A DNA stretch of 64,000 bases from positions 6,153,097 to 6,217,096 of the forward strand of contig CM082598.2 of NCBI GenBank assembly GCA_040954595.2, in the 5' to 3' direction. Source of the DNA: Balanoglossus misakiensis. Lineage: Eukaryota > Animalia > Hemichordata. The notes beneath the pieces were generated by a model that did not search any database, had not been told where the DNA came from, and saw only the letters and a list, made by a program, of their open reading frames with translations. Each line of letters opens with the position of its first letter. Position 1 is the stretch's first letter. Shown one piece after another: positions 52,901 through 64,000 of this stretch. The translations under genes were made by a program, and so were the position numbers.

Positions 52901-55900
52901 TGTCCGTCACTTACCCAATCATTTCAAAGGGGTGATCAAGATGGCCAGAACAGCCAATTTTAACCAACCAGGTTCAAGAACCTGAGAAAAGGTGCTAAAA
53001 GCATGCGAAAGATATATTGACGAGATAAACATTGGGAACAATAGGATTAAGGGAGGTGTGACTGGTCCAACCTGTTCAGTTTTAGTGTGGGGCACAGCTG
53101 GAATGGTTACACAAATGTTCTTGAAAGTTAGTGCTACTGTGGCTTTCAATGGAATCTCTTATGAAGAGTTTTGTTACTTTTGTTTGTTCTTGATATGTCA
53201 TGAAAAGAATGACTGCATTTAGTGTTTCATTGCATTTAATTTCATTTGCCACACATTCCCATTGGCCACAGTGTCCACTCAAGTCTTGCGTTGGTTATTA
53301 GACTTTCTTCAGATGGATTTTTTTGTGAAATTCAAGTTTTTTATTTACACTATTTATACAGATAAACACTATTTATACAGATAACTAGTGACATCACTGC
53401 ACAACTCTACTTGATATTGTTGGATTTATCGCTTGTCACAGCTTGGCTACTTTGTGCTGAGAACAGTCTGATGCCCTCCTACAGGAAATAAACATAGTTT
53501 GGTTAGCACAGATGTTTGATCTGTTTCTACATAAATCTTTACATCTCTCAAATTTCTCTTTAATTTCCCCTTTGATTGACATCATCCAGTCTGCACAACA
53601 TGGCTACTTTGTGCTGAGAACAGTCTGATGCCCTCCTACAGGAAATAAACATAGTTTGGTTAGCACAGATGTTTGATCTGTTTCTACATAAATCTTTACA
53701 TCTCTCAAATTTCTCTTTAATTTCCCCTTTGATTGACATCATCCAGTCTGCACAACATGGCTACTTTGTGCTGAGAACAGTCCGATGCCCTTCTACAGGA
53801 AATAAACATAGTTTGTTTAGCACAGATGTTTGATCTGTTTCTACATAAATCTTCACATTTCTTAAATTTGTCATCATATTGGAGATGACATGTGATTATT
53901 CCAAATTGGCCAATGTTTCTTCTGACAATTCTACTAAATGTCACTGTAGTTGTTGGCTAGATCTTCTTTTATATTGTGTAGGTTGCATAAATAAATTGGT
54001 CACATTCAGTAAATGTTCACTAACATTACATCACTGTCAGTTGTGATGTAATCATTCTTTGAAAGAAAATCATAAAAAAGTTAAGTTTAAAATTGGTTAT
54101 GCGTAATGTTATTTGTTTTGCAAATTGTCAAATTTGAGGTTGTTTGTCAATTACTTGGAGTAACGTTTCTTTCTGTATCAACTGGCAGATATTTTCACAG
54201 AATTTATTTAGCTCGATCGTTTAGGTACATGTATAAAACTGAATTACACATGTTTACAGTCGATACAGTTTCTGTTCAAATGCTGTTATGAACCGCTTCT
54301 CACGGTATATGTGTTTATACGTGTCAGTCGCTCTTACTTCGTAAAATAGAGGACACTCCGAATTGAATCATGAACACGAACAGGTATTTATTGCTTGCAC
54401 ACAAGGAGAACTACAACTACCAGAGAGAGTATCAGAATGAGGCTATATGTCCCATACTGCCATGCGTCTGGAATGTACCAAAGTCAATACAGGGGGATCA
54501 GAATACATCTGATACACTACATCCCTCCTTTTCTGGGAATAGCTCTTCAGGCTACTAATGTATCATTGGAATGTCAAGTGTCCACGAAAATGCACAGTTT
54601 AAAGTTTACAAACAATCAACAGCAAAATGTGAAACGAATGCATGTCCAACAATGCATAAACATGAAAACGTCCGCAGTATGTATTTTCCTTATATCAGTG
54701 TTCCGCGCATATCTGAAAACAACAATAAACTACTGACAAATTTCAATGTCAATATTCAGGTTCAAAGCTAATAGCTAACAAGAAAATCTGAGCATTTTGA
54801 TGGCAGTTGCCTGGACCTTTGTGGTCTGCCACTACTAGTCATAGGTGAATCTGTCGGAGTCTGTGGACTTTCCCGCTGATGATTCTGCAAAGACTGGTCA
54901 CAGGGTGATATAGCAGGTGGTGATTCTTGTTGTGCTGGCTGTTGGTCTGGAAATGCTGGCTTGGTCTCCTGCTCTGGTGTTACGGTGTCAGTGATGTATT
55001 TCTTGACGTGTGTGGTATTCCTAGAATATTGAACACCTCTTGGAGACTCAACTATGATGCTATTCCCAGTTTTGTTGACAACAGTATACGGCTCCGGGTT
55101 AAATGGAGATGACAATTTGTTTGTCGTCTGCTGCTCAACAAGAACTTTATCTCCAACTTGCACTTCAGAATATCGCGCATTCCTTCTTTCATCTGCATAC
55201 ATCTTTGCTTTTCCTTTCTGTTCGGCATCTCTGTCATGTACATCTATGTCGTTGTGATGCTCTGCGTTGAATTCTGGCAATTTACCTCTTATCTTGCGTC
55301 TGAATAGGAGTTCGGCTGGGCTTTTGCCTGTAGTAGCATGATCTATGCCTCTGTATTTGGTCACGTATCTTCTCAGCTCTCGTTTCCAATCTAGCCTTTC
55401 GGCCTGAGCGATACGCATCCTCTTCAACAATGATCTGTTCTGGCGTTCTACTTCGCCGTTAGCTTTAGCCCACCTTGCTGTAACACTAAGGTGTGTGATG
55501 CTGTTGTGGTCACAGTATTTCTGGAACTCTTCGGATCGGAACTGTTCACGTTCAGTCTGCGAGTATCTCCGCTCACAATTGGTGAGGCTACGGCTTGCAT
55601 AACAAACTGGAACTAGCATTTTGTTCTGCTCCTGCACTAGCACTGCACCTAGTCCTACGGGACTGGCATCAGCAATCACTTTCGTCGGAGCGTTTTTGTC
55701 AAAGTAGGCTAGGGTTGTTGCTTTGGCTAAACTTGCCTTCAGCTCTGCAAATGCTGATTTCTGTTCTGGACCAAAATGGAATGGCACGTTCTTTCTGGTG
55801 ATTCTCCTCAGCGGTTCTGAGATGGTTGCAAGACCTGGTATAAATCGGCTACTGTAACTAACCATGCCCATGAAGCTTCTGACTTCAGATACATCTTTCG

Positions 55901-58900
55901 GTTCTCTGGCCTCCAATACGGCTCTAACTCTGTCTTGGGTTGGTCCTATGCCTTTCTGTGACAGTAGTATTCCCATGAAAACAAGGTCATCCATGTTGAA
56001 TTGACACTTTTCACGGTTCAGTGTTAGACCACAATCGTGTAATCAGGTTATGACCGCAAGTAAACTGCAAGTAAAATGTGTTTCCTGGTCACACCCATGT
56101 ACTATCATCAGATATGTTTTCTACACCATCAATGCCTGCCAGGGCTGTCGCAATTTCGTGTTGATACTGTTCACTCGCTGAACTTACACCAAATAGCCAT
56201 CGTTTGTAACGATACAGTCCGGCGTGTGTGGCGAATGCTGTGATCTCACGGGATTCTGGCGTCAGCTCCAACTGGTGGTAACCCCACTTTAAGTCTAGTT
56301 TGCTGAACACTTTGGAACCGTTCATGTTCTGTAACATCTCATCTACGGTAGGGATAGGGTGTCTGCCGCGTATGATCGCTTTGTTTGCTCTACGCATGTC
56401 AATGCATAGTCTAATGTCACCTCCTGATTTTGGCACTACAACGACTGGGTTGACCCATGGTGTCGGCCCGTCTACTGGTTCAATAATGTCCAAATCCAGT
56501 AGCTCTTTTATTTTCGCCTCTACCTTTCCTCTCAATTTGAATGGTGTTCGCCTCAGGGGTTGTGCTACACGTTCTACGGAGGGGTCGATTTGAAGTTTTA
56601 TTTGCTTTGTGTTGAGCTTGCCCACACCAATAAAGACATCCGGGTACTGTCGCTGTAAGCGGTCAGCCATGTCTGTTACTGTTGCAATGTGTGCACCAAT
56701 ACCAATTTTCAGTACACCCAATTTTGTTGATGTGTCCTTGCCGAGTAAAGGTATGCATTTGCCTTTAATGACTAGGAATTCAGCATTGGTGATGTTTCTG
56801 CCCACCTTTACTTCACATGTGAAACTGCCCTTGACGGTTAGGGGTTGGTTTGATCCATACGGGTACATTTTTCGTCCACATGTGTTGGCCTGTGATGCAC
56901 ATCTGATCTGCTGTCGCTTTAATTGCTCCCAGGTCGGCTCATCAATAATGTTGCTAGTTGCGCCTGAGTCTACCAACATTTTCAGGTTTACACCACCAAC
57001 ATGGACATCAAGTGTGTTTGAGTTCTTACCACTGTTGACAGTGAAGGCGTAATCGGGCGGTGTTGGGCTGTTTTGCAGCTCTTCAACCACATTGACTTCT
57101 GATTTGACCTTTGACCTGCATACTTTGGCAAAGTAATTCTTGCCGTCGCATTTCTTGCATGTCTGGCCTCTCGCCGGACATTTGGGATCGCGACCAAAGT
57201 GTCCTGTCAATCCACAGCGATAACAAGTTTTATCTCTTGCTGGTTTTGTATCTTTATCTTTCTCATGTTTCTTTGGTTTCTGTGTACGGCGTTTGCTTCT
57301 ATCAGTAAGTCTGTTGACAGTTTCCCTGTCTTCTCACTTTGCTGAAAGAGCAGCCATTTGTACCTCCACTTTCTCGCACTGATCGGCTATTTGTAGGGTA
57401 CGTGTTAAGGTCAATGCTTGGCCTTCTTCCAATAACTACCGGCGTACGTAATCTGACGAACATTTATTCAGCACTGCGTCTCTGATTTGATTGTCTTTAT
57501 CACCTCCGACATTACAATCACTGGCAGCTTTACGTAGGCGGGTGACAAATTGAAGTACGGTCTCACCTTGCCTTTGTGTAGTTTGATGGAATGTCTGTCT
57601 GGCGAACGCAGGGTTGACTTGGGGCACAAAGTAGGTGTTTAGCGCTGTCACGGCTCTGTTATACTCTGTGACTGTTCCCGTATCTGACAAAGTTGTAAAA
57701 ATGTCCTGTACGTCTGAACCGGCTAAATGCAACAACAAAGCTCTCCGCCTTTGTTTCGTGGAGGAGTCATTAATTATCAAACCTTTTCCATCGGCGTACA
57801 GTTCAAATGACGTCAGCCATCGCTCCCATCGTGGTCCCAGGGTTGACAGATTAGTATAGCAGTCGAATTTTGGAATCGGGCGCCGGTTATTCTCCATCTT
57901 CCTTCAAGGATGTGGGTGAAATACTCGTCGCCAGTGTTATGTACCGCTTCTCACGGTATATGTGTTTATACGTGTCAGTCGCTCTTACTTCGTAACTTAT
58001 AGGACACTCCGAATTGAATCATGAACACGAACATGTATTTATTGCTTGCACACAAGGAGAACTACAACTACCAGAGAGAGTATCAGAACGAGGCTATATG
58101 TCCCATACTGCCATGCGTCTGGAATGTACCAAAGTCAATACAGGGGGGGTCAGAATACATCTGATACACTACAAATGCCATTAACTGTTGGTTAATATTA
58201 TCCACAAGGGAGTTTGTGATGACAATTTGTTGTTTGTTTGTTTGTTCATTCATTCGTTCATTTTAAGAAATTAACCTCATGTGACATTACAGTTTGACAT
58301 CCTCATCATGCTCCTCCTTCATTACTTACAGAATGGAGACACCCCTTTGCATTATGCAGCAAGGGATGGTGATGAAGGCAGTGTCAGATTGTTATTGGAA
58401 CACAAAGCTGATGTGACCATACAAAACAAGGTAAATACCAACCTGATTTCTGCAGGTTAATTCTATCAGTATGGAAAGATTTATTCATTTTTTTTTGTGT
58501 GTGCTTGTTTTTTTTGTTTAAGGAATATTACACATTACGTTTAATTTTTGTGACATCCTCATCATGCTCCTCCTTCATTACTTACAGAATGGAGACACCC
58601 CTTTGCATTATGCAGCAGGGGATGGTGATGAAGGCAGTGTCAGATTATTATTGGAACACGAAGCTGATGTGACCATACAAAACAAGGTAAATACCAACAT
58701 CACTTCTGCAGGTTAATTCTATCAGTATATCAGTATGGAAAGATTTATTCATTTATTTGTTTGTTTGTTTGTTTGTTTGTTTAGGAAAACCTCACAGTAT
58801 GTTTCAAATGTTATGACATTGTTCTCATGCTCCTCCGACATTAAGGCTGCCGCACACGAGAGAAATCAGCTGAGCAAAAAGTCATTCGAGGAATTTTGCT

Positions 58901-61900
58901 CAGCAATTTTCCTTCCGTGTGCGGGCGATTTTTCCTGACCCTTTTACTTTTGCGCCGTGGATCACGATATTCAACATGTTTGATATTTTTTTCCTGACGA
59001 GGAAAATTACTCACCGTGTGCACCGAACAAAGTAAATTTTACTCACGTATCTAGCCTAATTGCGCATGCGCCGGCATGACTTGACGACGATACCAACCTG
59101 ACTTCTGCAGATTAATGCTATTAGTATAGAAACATTTATTTATTTGTTTATTTGTTTGTTTGTTTTTGAATCCTCACAGTATGTTTAAAATGTTATGACA
59201 TTTTTCTCATGCTCCTCCTCCATTACATACAGAAATACTCACCAGTACAGTGTTGGCAAGAAATTAAGTTACTCACAATGAAAATGCTTCATAATAATCA
59301 CGGTTACTAGAAGAAGACGGTTAGGAAACTATTTTTTCTCCATTGTTAGATGCTCGCCTCGGTAAACACTTAGTGTAAACGAAAGATATCAGGTGCTAAC
59401 GAGCCTGGCCATACGAATAATGACGTCATTCCCCCACAATCCAAAGCAAACCATACTCGTGTTTACGGAATTGCTTGCACGCACAGTACGTATACCACCA
59501 GATTTGAGGAAAACAGAACAGAGAGTGGATAATTTATAAAGTCACAGCACATTTATGACAATTTTGAACTTTCAAGGACATGATGAAGCCATACATTCTT
59601 TGTCTTGACTGTGCCCTAGAGATTCGATGCGAACCAAAACAAACAAGATGGCCGCCAAAGGCTATATCGATAATGTTAACGACTGTATCGAAATGGGTAT
59701 GCAATATCTCAACGAAATATTCCAATTGGAATAAACGAAATAGCCCATGCAATACAAAAAGGTGTAAAATATCTAAATATATTAAAAAAACAGAAATGCG
59801 ACCATCAGGGTTGAATTCTAGGGGTTCAAAATTCAACGCTATTTGAATCTGGACTTTTAGTTAACCACCCAAGAAACAATGGTAGAGTGTCGCAAGCCCA
59901 GACTATGACCGTGCACTCCATAAGCCTATATGGAACTCGTACAAAAAAAGTGGCGCTGTACTCTGACGAAAAAGGGCAGATGAAGGGGTTCAAAAATTAA
60001 CTACGTTCCCCAATACAACCCCACATAGCGGTTTGGACATGTACTCTCCTAGCTAACACCTCGTTCACACCTTCCGAACAATAGAGTTTCCTAACCGTCT
60101 TCTTCTAGTAACCGTGTAATAATGGATGACCACAGACAAGTTCTCTACCTCTGATAATGATAACAGTAATTTAGGCACTCTATGCGAGTCAAAACACAGT
60201 ATTTCACTCAAACAAACACTTTCTGAACATTAATGATCATCAAAGTCATCTCTAGTCATTAGTCTAAACAAAGATGTCCCATCCATGTAAATTTTCTGGT
60301 CTCATGCAAATCTATAGAATTTGATCCAAATCAGTTTTTCCCTCAAAACTGTCAAGATTAATAAAGGCACAATCTACTGTCTGTATTTTTCTTTGTAACA
60401 GACCTGATGAGAGACAGAGATTGTAAAAATTCTAAATTTCATGAAAAGAGATCATTGTTTAAAAGATTAAAATCAAATATTCATCCAACCTCTGGACTAA
60501 AATCATGAGGGTATCTATCAAATACATTGGTCTGGCTATTTTGCCTACTGTGGTTTGCAGCTTTTGAAATTGTTCATCGTTATGAGGAAATTTATCTGTT
60601 ATCTCTAAACAAAGTCAAATTGAATATTCTGACATGGTGGACCTAATACACACTATGCATTCATTTAATTCAACTCTATCATTTAAAGCTACATTGACGT
60701 GGAGACATCCAACTCAAAAAATGTGTCACGGCCACCATGGTCCCATTTAGGGATTACACAGAAAGAGTCTACACCAGAGTACATATACAGACACACACAC
60801 ACACTCGCACACACATAGAGAGATCAATGGGCAAACACTGACTGACCCATAAGCTGCCAATGGCATGTGAAATGTACATAGACCAAGTAGAACAGCTGGT
60901 CTCTTTAACAGTTAGCCAGCTATGTAAACATGCAGGAATTTGCTGTGTATACAAATCTCAGAGGGGTGCCTTCCCCATTACAAAGAACTATGTACTGGTA
61001 ATTGTTCTTCTTGAGATAAAAATTGTGGTATGAGACAAAATATCCTACAAAATATAAAAGTTCCAAATTACCTATGATTTGATTCCATAATATTTCTAAA
61101 GAAACCAATCCCGTTAACTTACAACTCGAATTTTAAAGTAATCAGCCATACAGAACACACTTTCTGAGAAATATAATGTTTTATCAAAATTGGAAAATAT
61201 GCTCCCAAAATACAAGATATTGCCCCCACAAAACATTGACACTTTAATCACCATGACAACTCACCCAGGAACCTTCAAATCAAAATTAAAAGCAATGGGG
61301 GTAGGCAGTTCTGAGAAAGAGTTTGACCAAAAATACACTAAATGTATTGAATTCTTCACGTTGATTTGAAAAACATACATGCAAGTCTTACTTGAGGTAT
61401 CCCTAGGAACATGCCTTCAAAATTTCAAAGCAATCTGACAAGCTGTTTTAGAGAAAAAATATTTGGTCAAAAAAGGCGAAAATGATAAATATGCAACTTT
61501 TGCAACAATTTAAACAAAACTATAGTAACTCAGCTCACATATATGAAGCTTCATACTAAATTTCAATGAAGTGGCGGAACCAAAAATGTGAAAAATGTAT
61601 CAAGAATAGAAAATTCACACTATTAGCTCAAAACATACAGAACTGTGTGAGATTAACATATTAAGGTACATGCATACCAATTTTCAATCAATATGACCAG
61701 TGGTTGTTGAGTTTCTGAGTTTTGACCGATTTCTCATTTTACCCAGCTAATTTGCATATTTTGGCAATGACAACTTCATTTGAACAAAATCCCATCTACA
61801 GCCCTTAATGCATCTGCACATCAAAAATTAAGGTTATACGTGCAGCAGTTTTCAAGTCATTGATGGACATACAGACATACACACATCCATCCATACATAC

Positions 61901-63941
61901 GTACATGCAGACGCAACTGATTCCATAAGGTCCCATGGTATATACACATAACCAAATTGGACCTAATCATATAAGCACCCTAAATACTATTATGCACACC
62001 TTATCTTGTTGTACCTCATACATGATGTTGTCTGTTTTTATTTCGTGGATAGGGTGGCAACACAGCACTCCACATGGCAGCAATGGGTAGAATGTCTTGG
62101 AGCGATTGGAGCGATTATGGAAAAGTTATGAAACTATTGTTGCAATATGGAGCTGATATTGACTGCAAGAATGAGGTACAATCTTCCACTTTTATATTTT
62201 ATTCAATATGTCCTTCTAGACCTACATCATGTATTCTGATCAACTCCCATTTTGTCTAAGTAGTTAATCTTCATAATCTTTGAATTTGAAATGCACAATT
62301 TTATCACAAAGTCTTGAAAATGCCTGAACACTATTTTAACCAATCACTCCTAAAGCAGTATGAGTTTGCACAATGGTCATTGGTCCCCTTTCCATTGTAG
62401 TTTTCTTGGTAAATTGTGGTGAGGAGAGAACATATCTATTTGTCTATTGTCCCTGGAATCAAAACTATTCCCTCTATCAAGTCAGGTGTTGTACACGTTG
62501 GTGTTGACCAATGACAGTAGATGCCAATCCTATCTTTGAGACTTTCTATCTCCATTTTCAGTGATGTGGAGCTTGCCAGATTGTCCATTTGCACCTGCCA
62601 TCTGCCAACTCCTGTCTGTCACCTAATATAATTGATCATTAAGGAGGCGCCATATAATTTGTCTTTGTCCTTTGAATCAAAACTACTCCCTCTATTGAGT
62701 CAGGTGTTGTAAAGTCAGGTGTTGACTCATGGTGGTCTATGCCAATCCTATCGCTGAAACTTTCTATCTCCGTTTTCAGCGATGTGGGGAGCATATCAGA
62801 GAGAATAATTTTCTGTCCGCCTCCAGCATCTGCCAACTCCTGTCTGTCACCTAATAATCTGACAATTCATAATAAGGAGGGTTGTTTTTCATTGTTTATG
62901 TTCTATCTTATTTGTGTTTTAAATAATACTGTACTTTTTGTAAGTGTTTTTGATAATGTGTGATGGAAAATAGGAATCAGTGTTAATTTTCTTGTTGATT
63001 GTTGATTTTGTGAAATTCAAGTTTTGTTCACTATTAAACATGTCACTTGATGTTATTTTTTTCATGAAAAATTTAAAACAAAATTAACTTTAAAATTACA
63101 TTAAAATTTAATGAATTTTGAATTATAGTTATCTGTAACATTATTACTACTTTTATCAATATTAACATCATAATTAATGTTTCAATTCTTGTTATACCAA
63201 ATAAATTAGACTGGAAAAACACCACTTGATGTCGCTGAAAAAGAGTACATTAAGAAGGTGCTGTTGGATTACATTCAGGTGAGTGAAATTTTTATATTAC
63301 GATGAATTTTAACAATATACAACCTGAAATGAGCTAATTCTTATTCATCTTGAATTAAAAGTGGCCACATTATTATCGACATGATATAAATTATTACTTA
63401 ATGTGGTGTCACTATTATAGGGACAAAGTCTCTCTCTCGCTGCCCTTTTGCCATTAATTATGTTTGATACAAGACACCGTTTATGTTATGTGGATATATA
63501 GTGAATCAATGTTTGACCACACACAACTTCCATCCTGCTTGTAGACATGAGAGTGAAAAACTCGCCAAAATTAATAATCAGTCTCTACCGTTTATTCATT
63601 TTGGCAAGATTTTTACACTCATATACTACAAACAGGCTGAAAGTTGTGTGTGGTCAAACGTTGATTCACTATATATCCACATGTAGAATAACATAAACAG
63701 TGTCTTGTATCAAACATAGTTAATGGAAAAAGGGGCAGTGAGAGAGAGACTTTGCTCCCTTTAATGTACTCTCCAAACCAACAAATAAAATTGTATTTTT
63801 ATGATTTCATTATTGAACCAGAAACGAAATGAGTTCAATGTCCTGATGAAGGAATCAGGTGTGGAATGTGACATTTTAAAGTTGTTCTTCGCTGGAGATG
63901 GTGGAGTTGGTAAGACTACATTATTGGAGTCACTTCAGAAG
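39793..63941 (+). CDS. Ankyrin-repeat + Roc-type P-loop GTPase gene (ROCO / DAPK-like without kinase), 3' part outside the window
   Basis: Phase-0 GT-AG exons: 39793-39822 (putative start), 41967-42065, 43646-43744, 47901-47999, 50580-50678, 58332-58430, 58588-58686, 62053-62175, 63210-63278 and 63822-63941. About 7.5 ankyrin repeats, then LKLFFAGDGGVGKTTLLESL. Confidence 0.85.
41967..42065 (+). CDS. Ankyrin exon (N-cap repeat)
   Basis: 99 bp, VLIDAARSGNVAKIQSLIDDGYDVNARGKYLGR, AG/GT flanks. Confidence 0.85.
43646..43744 (+). CDS. Ankyrin exon
   Basis: 99 bp, DGSTALHAASGKGGFDAVRVLISHGAEVNAKDE. Confidence 0.9.
44519..45958 (+). mobile_element. HINE/pearl-like non-autonomous Helentron element (family B)
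   Basis: 5' TTAGGTCCCAT...ATGGGACCT palindrome, (GTAT/GGAT)n microsatellite, 3' AATGGGACCACAGTGTCCTTGACGCTA followed by a T-run; no TSD. Confidence 0.8.
46219..46370. mobile_element. Truncated half copy of the ~350-bp TTAA MITE
   Basis: One arm only; paralogous to the complete copy at 51891. Confidence 0.7.
46945..46998. repeat. (CA)n microsatellite
   Basis: Expanded relative to the paralogous short tract at ~42727. Confidence 0.9.
47901..47999 (+). CDS. Ankyrin exon (duplicate of 43646)
   Basis: 99 bp, DDSTALHVASFEGKLDAVRVLISHGADVNAKNG. Confidence 0.9.
48025..49772 (+). mobile_element. HINE-like element (family B ends) with an internal ~238-bp tandem array
   Basis: Same termini as 44519. 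About 4.7 units at ~48575-49712 (GACCTTTGACCTACTTT at 48726, 48964, 49202, 49441, 49679). The empty T-rich site is visible in the paralogous intron at ~43765-43775. Confidence 0.82.
50580..50678 (+). CDS. Ankyrin exon
   Basis: 99 bp, [33 protein letters not shown]. Confidence 0.9.
51891..52243. mobile_element. ~350-bp fold-back TTAA MITE, same family as 38300
   Basis: TTAA-AGGGAAAAAGTCTC...AGACTTTGTCCCT-TTAA. Confidence 0.9.
53443..53865. repeat. ~158-bp tandem repeat, ~2.7 copies
   Basis: TGGCTACTTTGTGCTGAGAACAGTC at 53443, 53601 and 53758. Confidence 0.9.
54284..58173 (-). mobile_element. Ty3/Gypsy LTR retrotransposon, internally deleted (3890 bp)
   Basis: LTRs 54284-54521 and 57935-58173 (TG...CA). 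5-bp TSD AATGC at 54279-54283 and 58174-58178. PBS TGGCGACGAG next to the right LTR and PPT AGAAAAGGAGGGA next to the left LTR. Domain order gag-PR-RT-RH-IN. Confidence 0.96.
54768..57897 (-). pseudogene. Disrupted gag-pol
   Basis: Gag knuckle CYRCGLTGH, protease LVDSGATSN, RT FSKLDLKWGYHQ and ISDD, RNase H ADASPVGLGAVL, integrase NGEVERQNR. Two in-frame stops in gag (57436, ~57334), a frameshift near 56000-56090, and an RH-IN deletion. Confidence 0.92.
58332..58430 (+). CDS. Ankyrin exon
   Basis: 99 bp, [33 protein letters not shown]. Confidence 0.9.
58588..58686 (+). CDS. Ankyrin exon
   Basis: 99 bp, [33 protein letters not shown]. Confidence 0.9.
58843..59090. mobile_element. Truncated DNA-transposon-like fragment (possibly a PIF/Harbinger-type end)
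   Basis: CpG-rich foreign block beginning TAA|GGCTGCCGCACAC inside an otherwise repeated 256-bp intron cassette; only one end is recognisable. Confidence 0.45.
59299..60116. mobile_element. 818-bp non-autonomous P-like DNA transposon
   Basis: Perfect 32-bp TIRs CACGGTTACTAGAAGAAGACGGTTAGGAAACT (59299-59330, 60085-60116); 7-bp TSD TAATAAT. Confidence 0.9.
60718..61966 (-). mobile_element. Diverged family-B HINE-like element, reverse orientation
   Basis: Head ...AGGTCCCATGG...GGACCTAA at 61928-61966, (CATA/CATC)n at 61868-61905, tail GGTCCCATTTAGGGATTACAC near 60739. Confidence 0.7.
62053..62175 (+). CDS. Ankyrin exon with loop insertion
   Basis: 123 bp, GGNTALHMAAMGRMSWSDWSDYGKVMKLLLQYGADIDCKNE. 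Confidence 0.88.
63210..63278 (+). CDS. Terminal half-ankyrin exon
   Basis: 69 bp, TGKTPLDVAEKEYIKKVLLDYIQ, donor CAG|GTGAGT. Confidence 0.85.
63419..63760. mobile_element. ~340-bp fold-back TTAA MITE, same family as 38300
   Basis: AGGGACAAAGTCTC...GACTTTGCTCCCT-TTAA; the left TSD reads TTAT. Confidence 0.88.
63822..63941 (+). CDS. First Roc/P-loop exon
   Basis: 120 bp, KRNEFNVLMKESGVECDILKLFFAGDGGVGKTTLLESLQK, with a GxxxxGKT Walker A motif. Confidence 0.87.
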
Positions 63942-64000
63942 GTATGTTAGTAATTGTATTGATTTGCATAAAAGTTCTAGTAAGCCATATTACAATAAAT

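Noticed and set aside
52870-54000. Possible Penelope/LINE relic around the 158-bp repeat
   Set aside because: Coding-like composition but no recognisable RT or GIY-YIG motif that I can support.
39793-63941. Naming the gene DAPK1 or LRRK
   Set aside because: No kinase or LRR exons are seen and the COR/death region is outside the window; orthology cannot be claimed.

Overview
Repeat-rich, intron-containing animal DNA (probably a marine invertebrate such as a hemichordate; this is an inference from the repeat and gene families). (1) 775-10088: an apparently intact 9.3-kb P-superfamily DNA transposon with 33-bp TIRs and a 7-bp TSD. It carries two convergent spliced genes: a ~964-aa transposase with no visible THAP domain and no usual C-terminal domain, and a ~468-aa C2H2 zinc-finger protein containing a domain that resembles that missing C-terminus. 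(2) The element sits inside a stack of Helentron/HINE-like non-autonomous elements (1-19119) with 8 palindromic heads piled at one end and at least 7 headless 1.4-1.7 kb bodies, best explained as nested self-insertion. (3) 23769-38100: a ~5-kb tandem triplication carrying a decayed transposon-like ORF; copy 1 alone has a TTAA MITE and a (TTAGGG)n patch. (4) 39793 to the window end: an ankyrin-repeat + Roc-type P-loop (ROCO/DAPK-like) gene with one ankyrin repeat per phase-0 exon, recently duplicated exon cassettes and amino-acid changes focused on binding-surface positions. Its introns hold HINEs, TTAA MITEs, a non-autonomous P-like element and a deleted Gypsy LTR retrotransposon (54284-58173). 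No RNA genes or CRISPR arrays are supported. All coordinates were read by eye.
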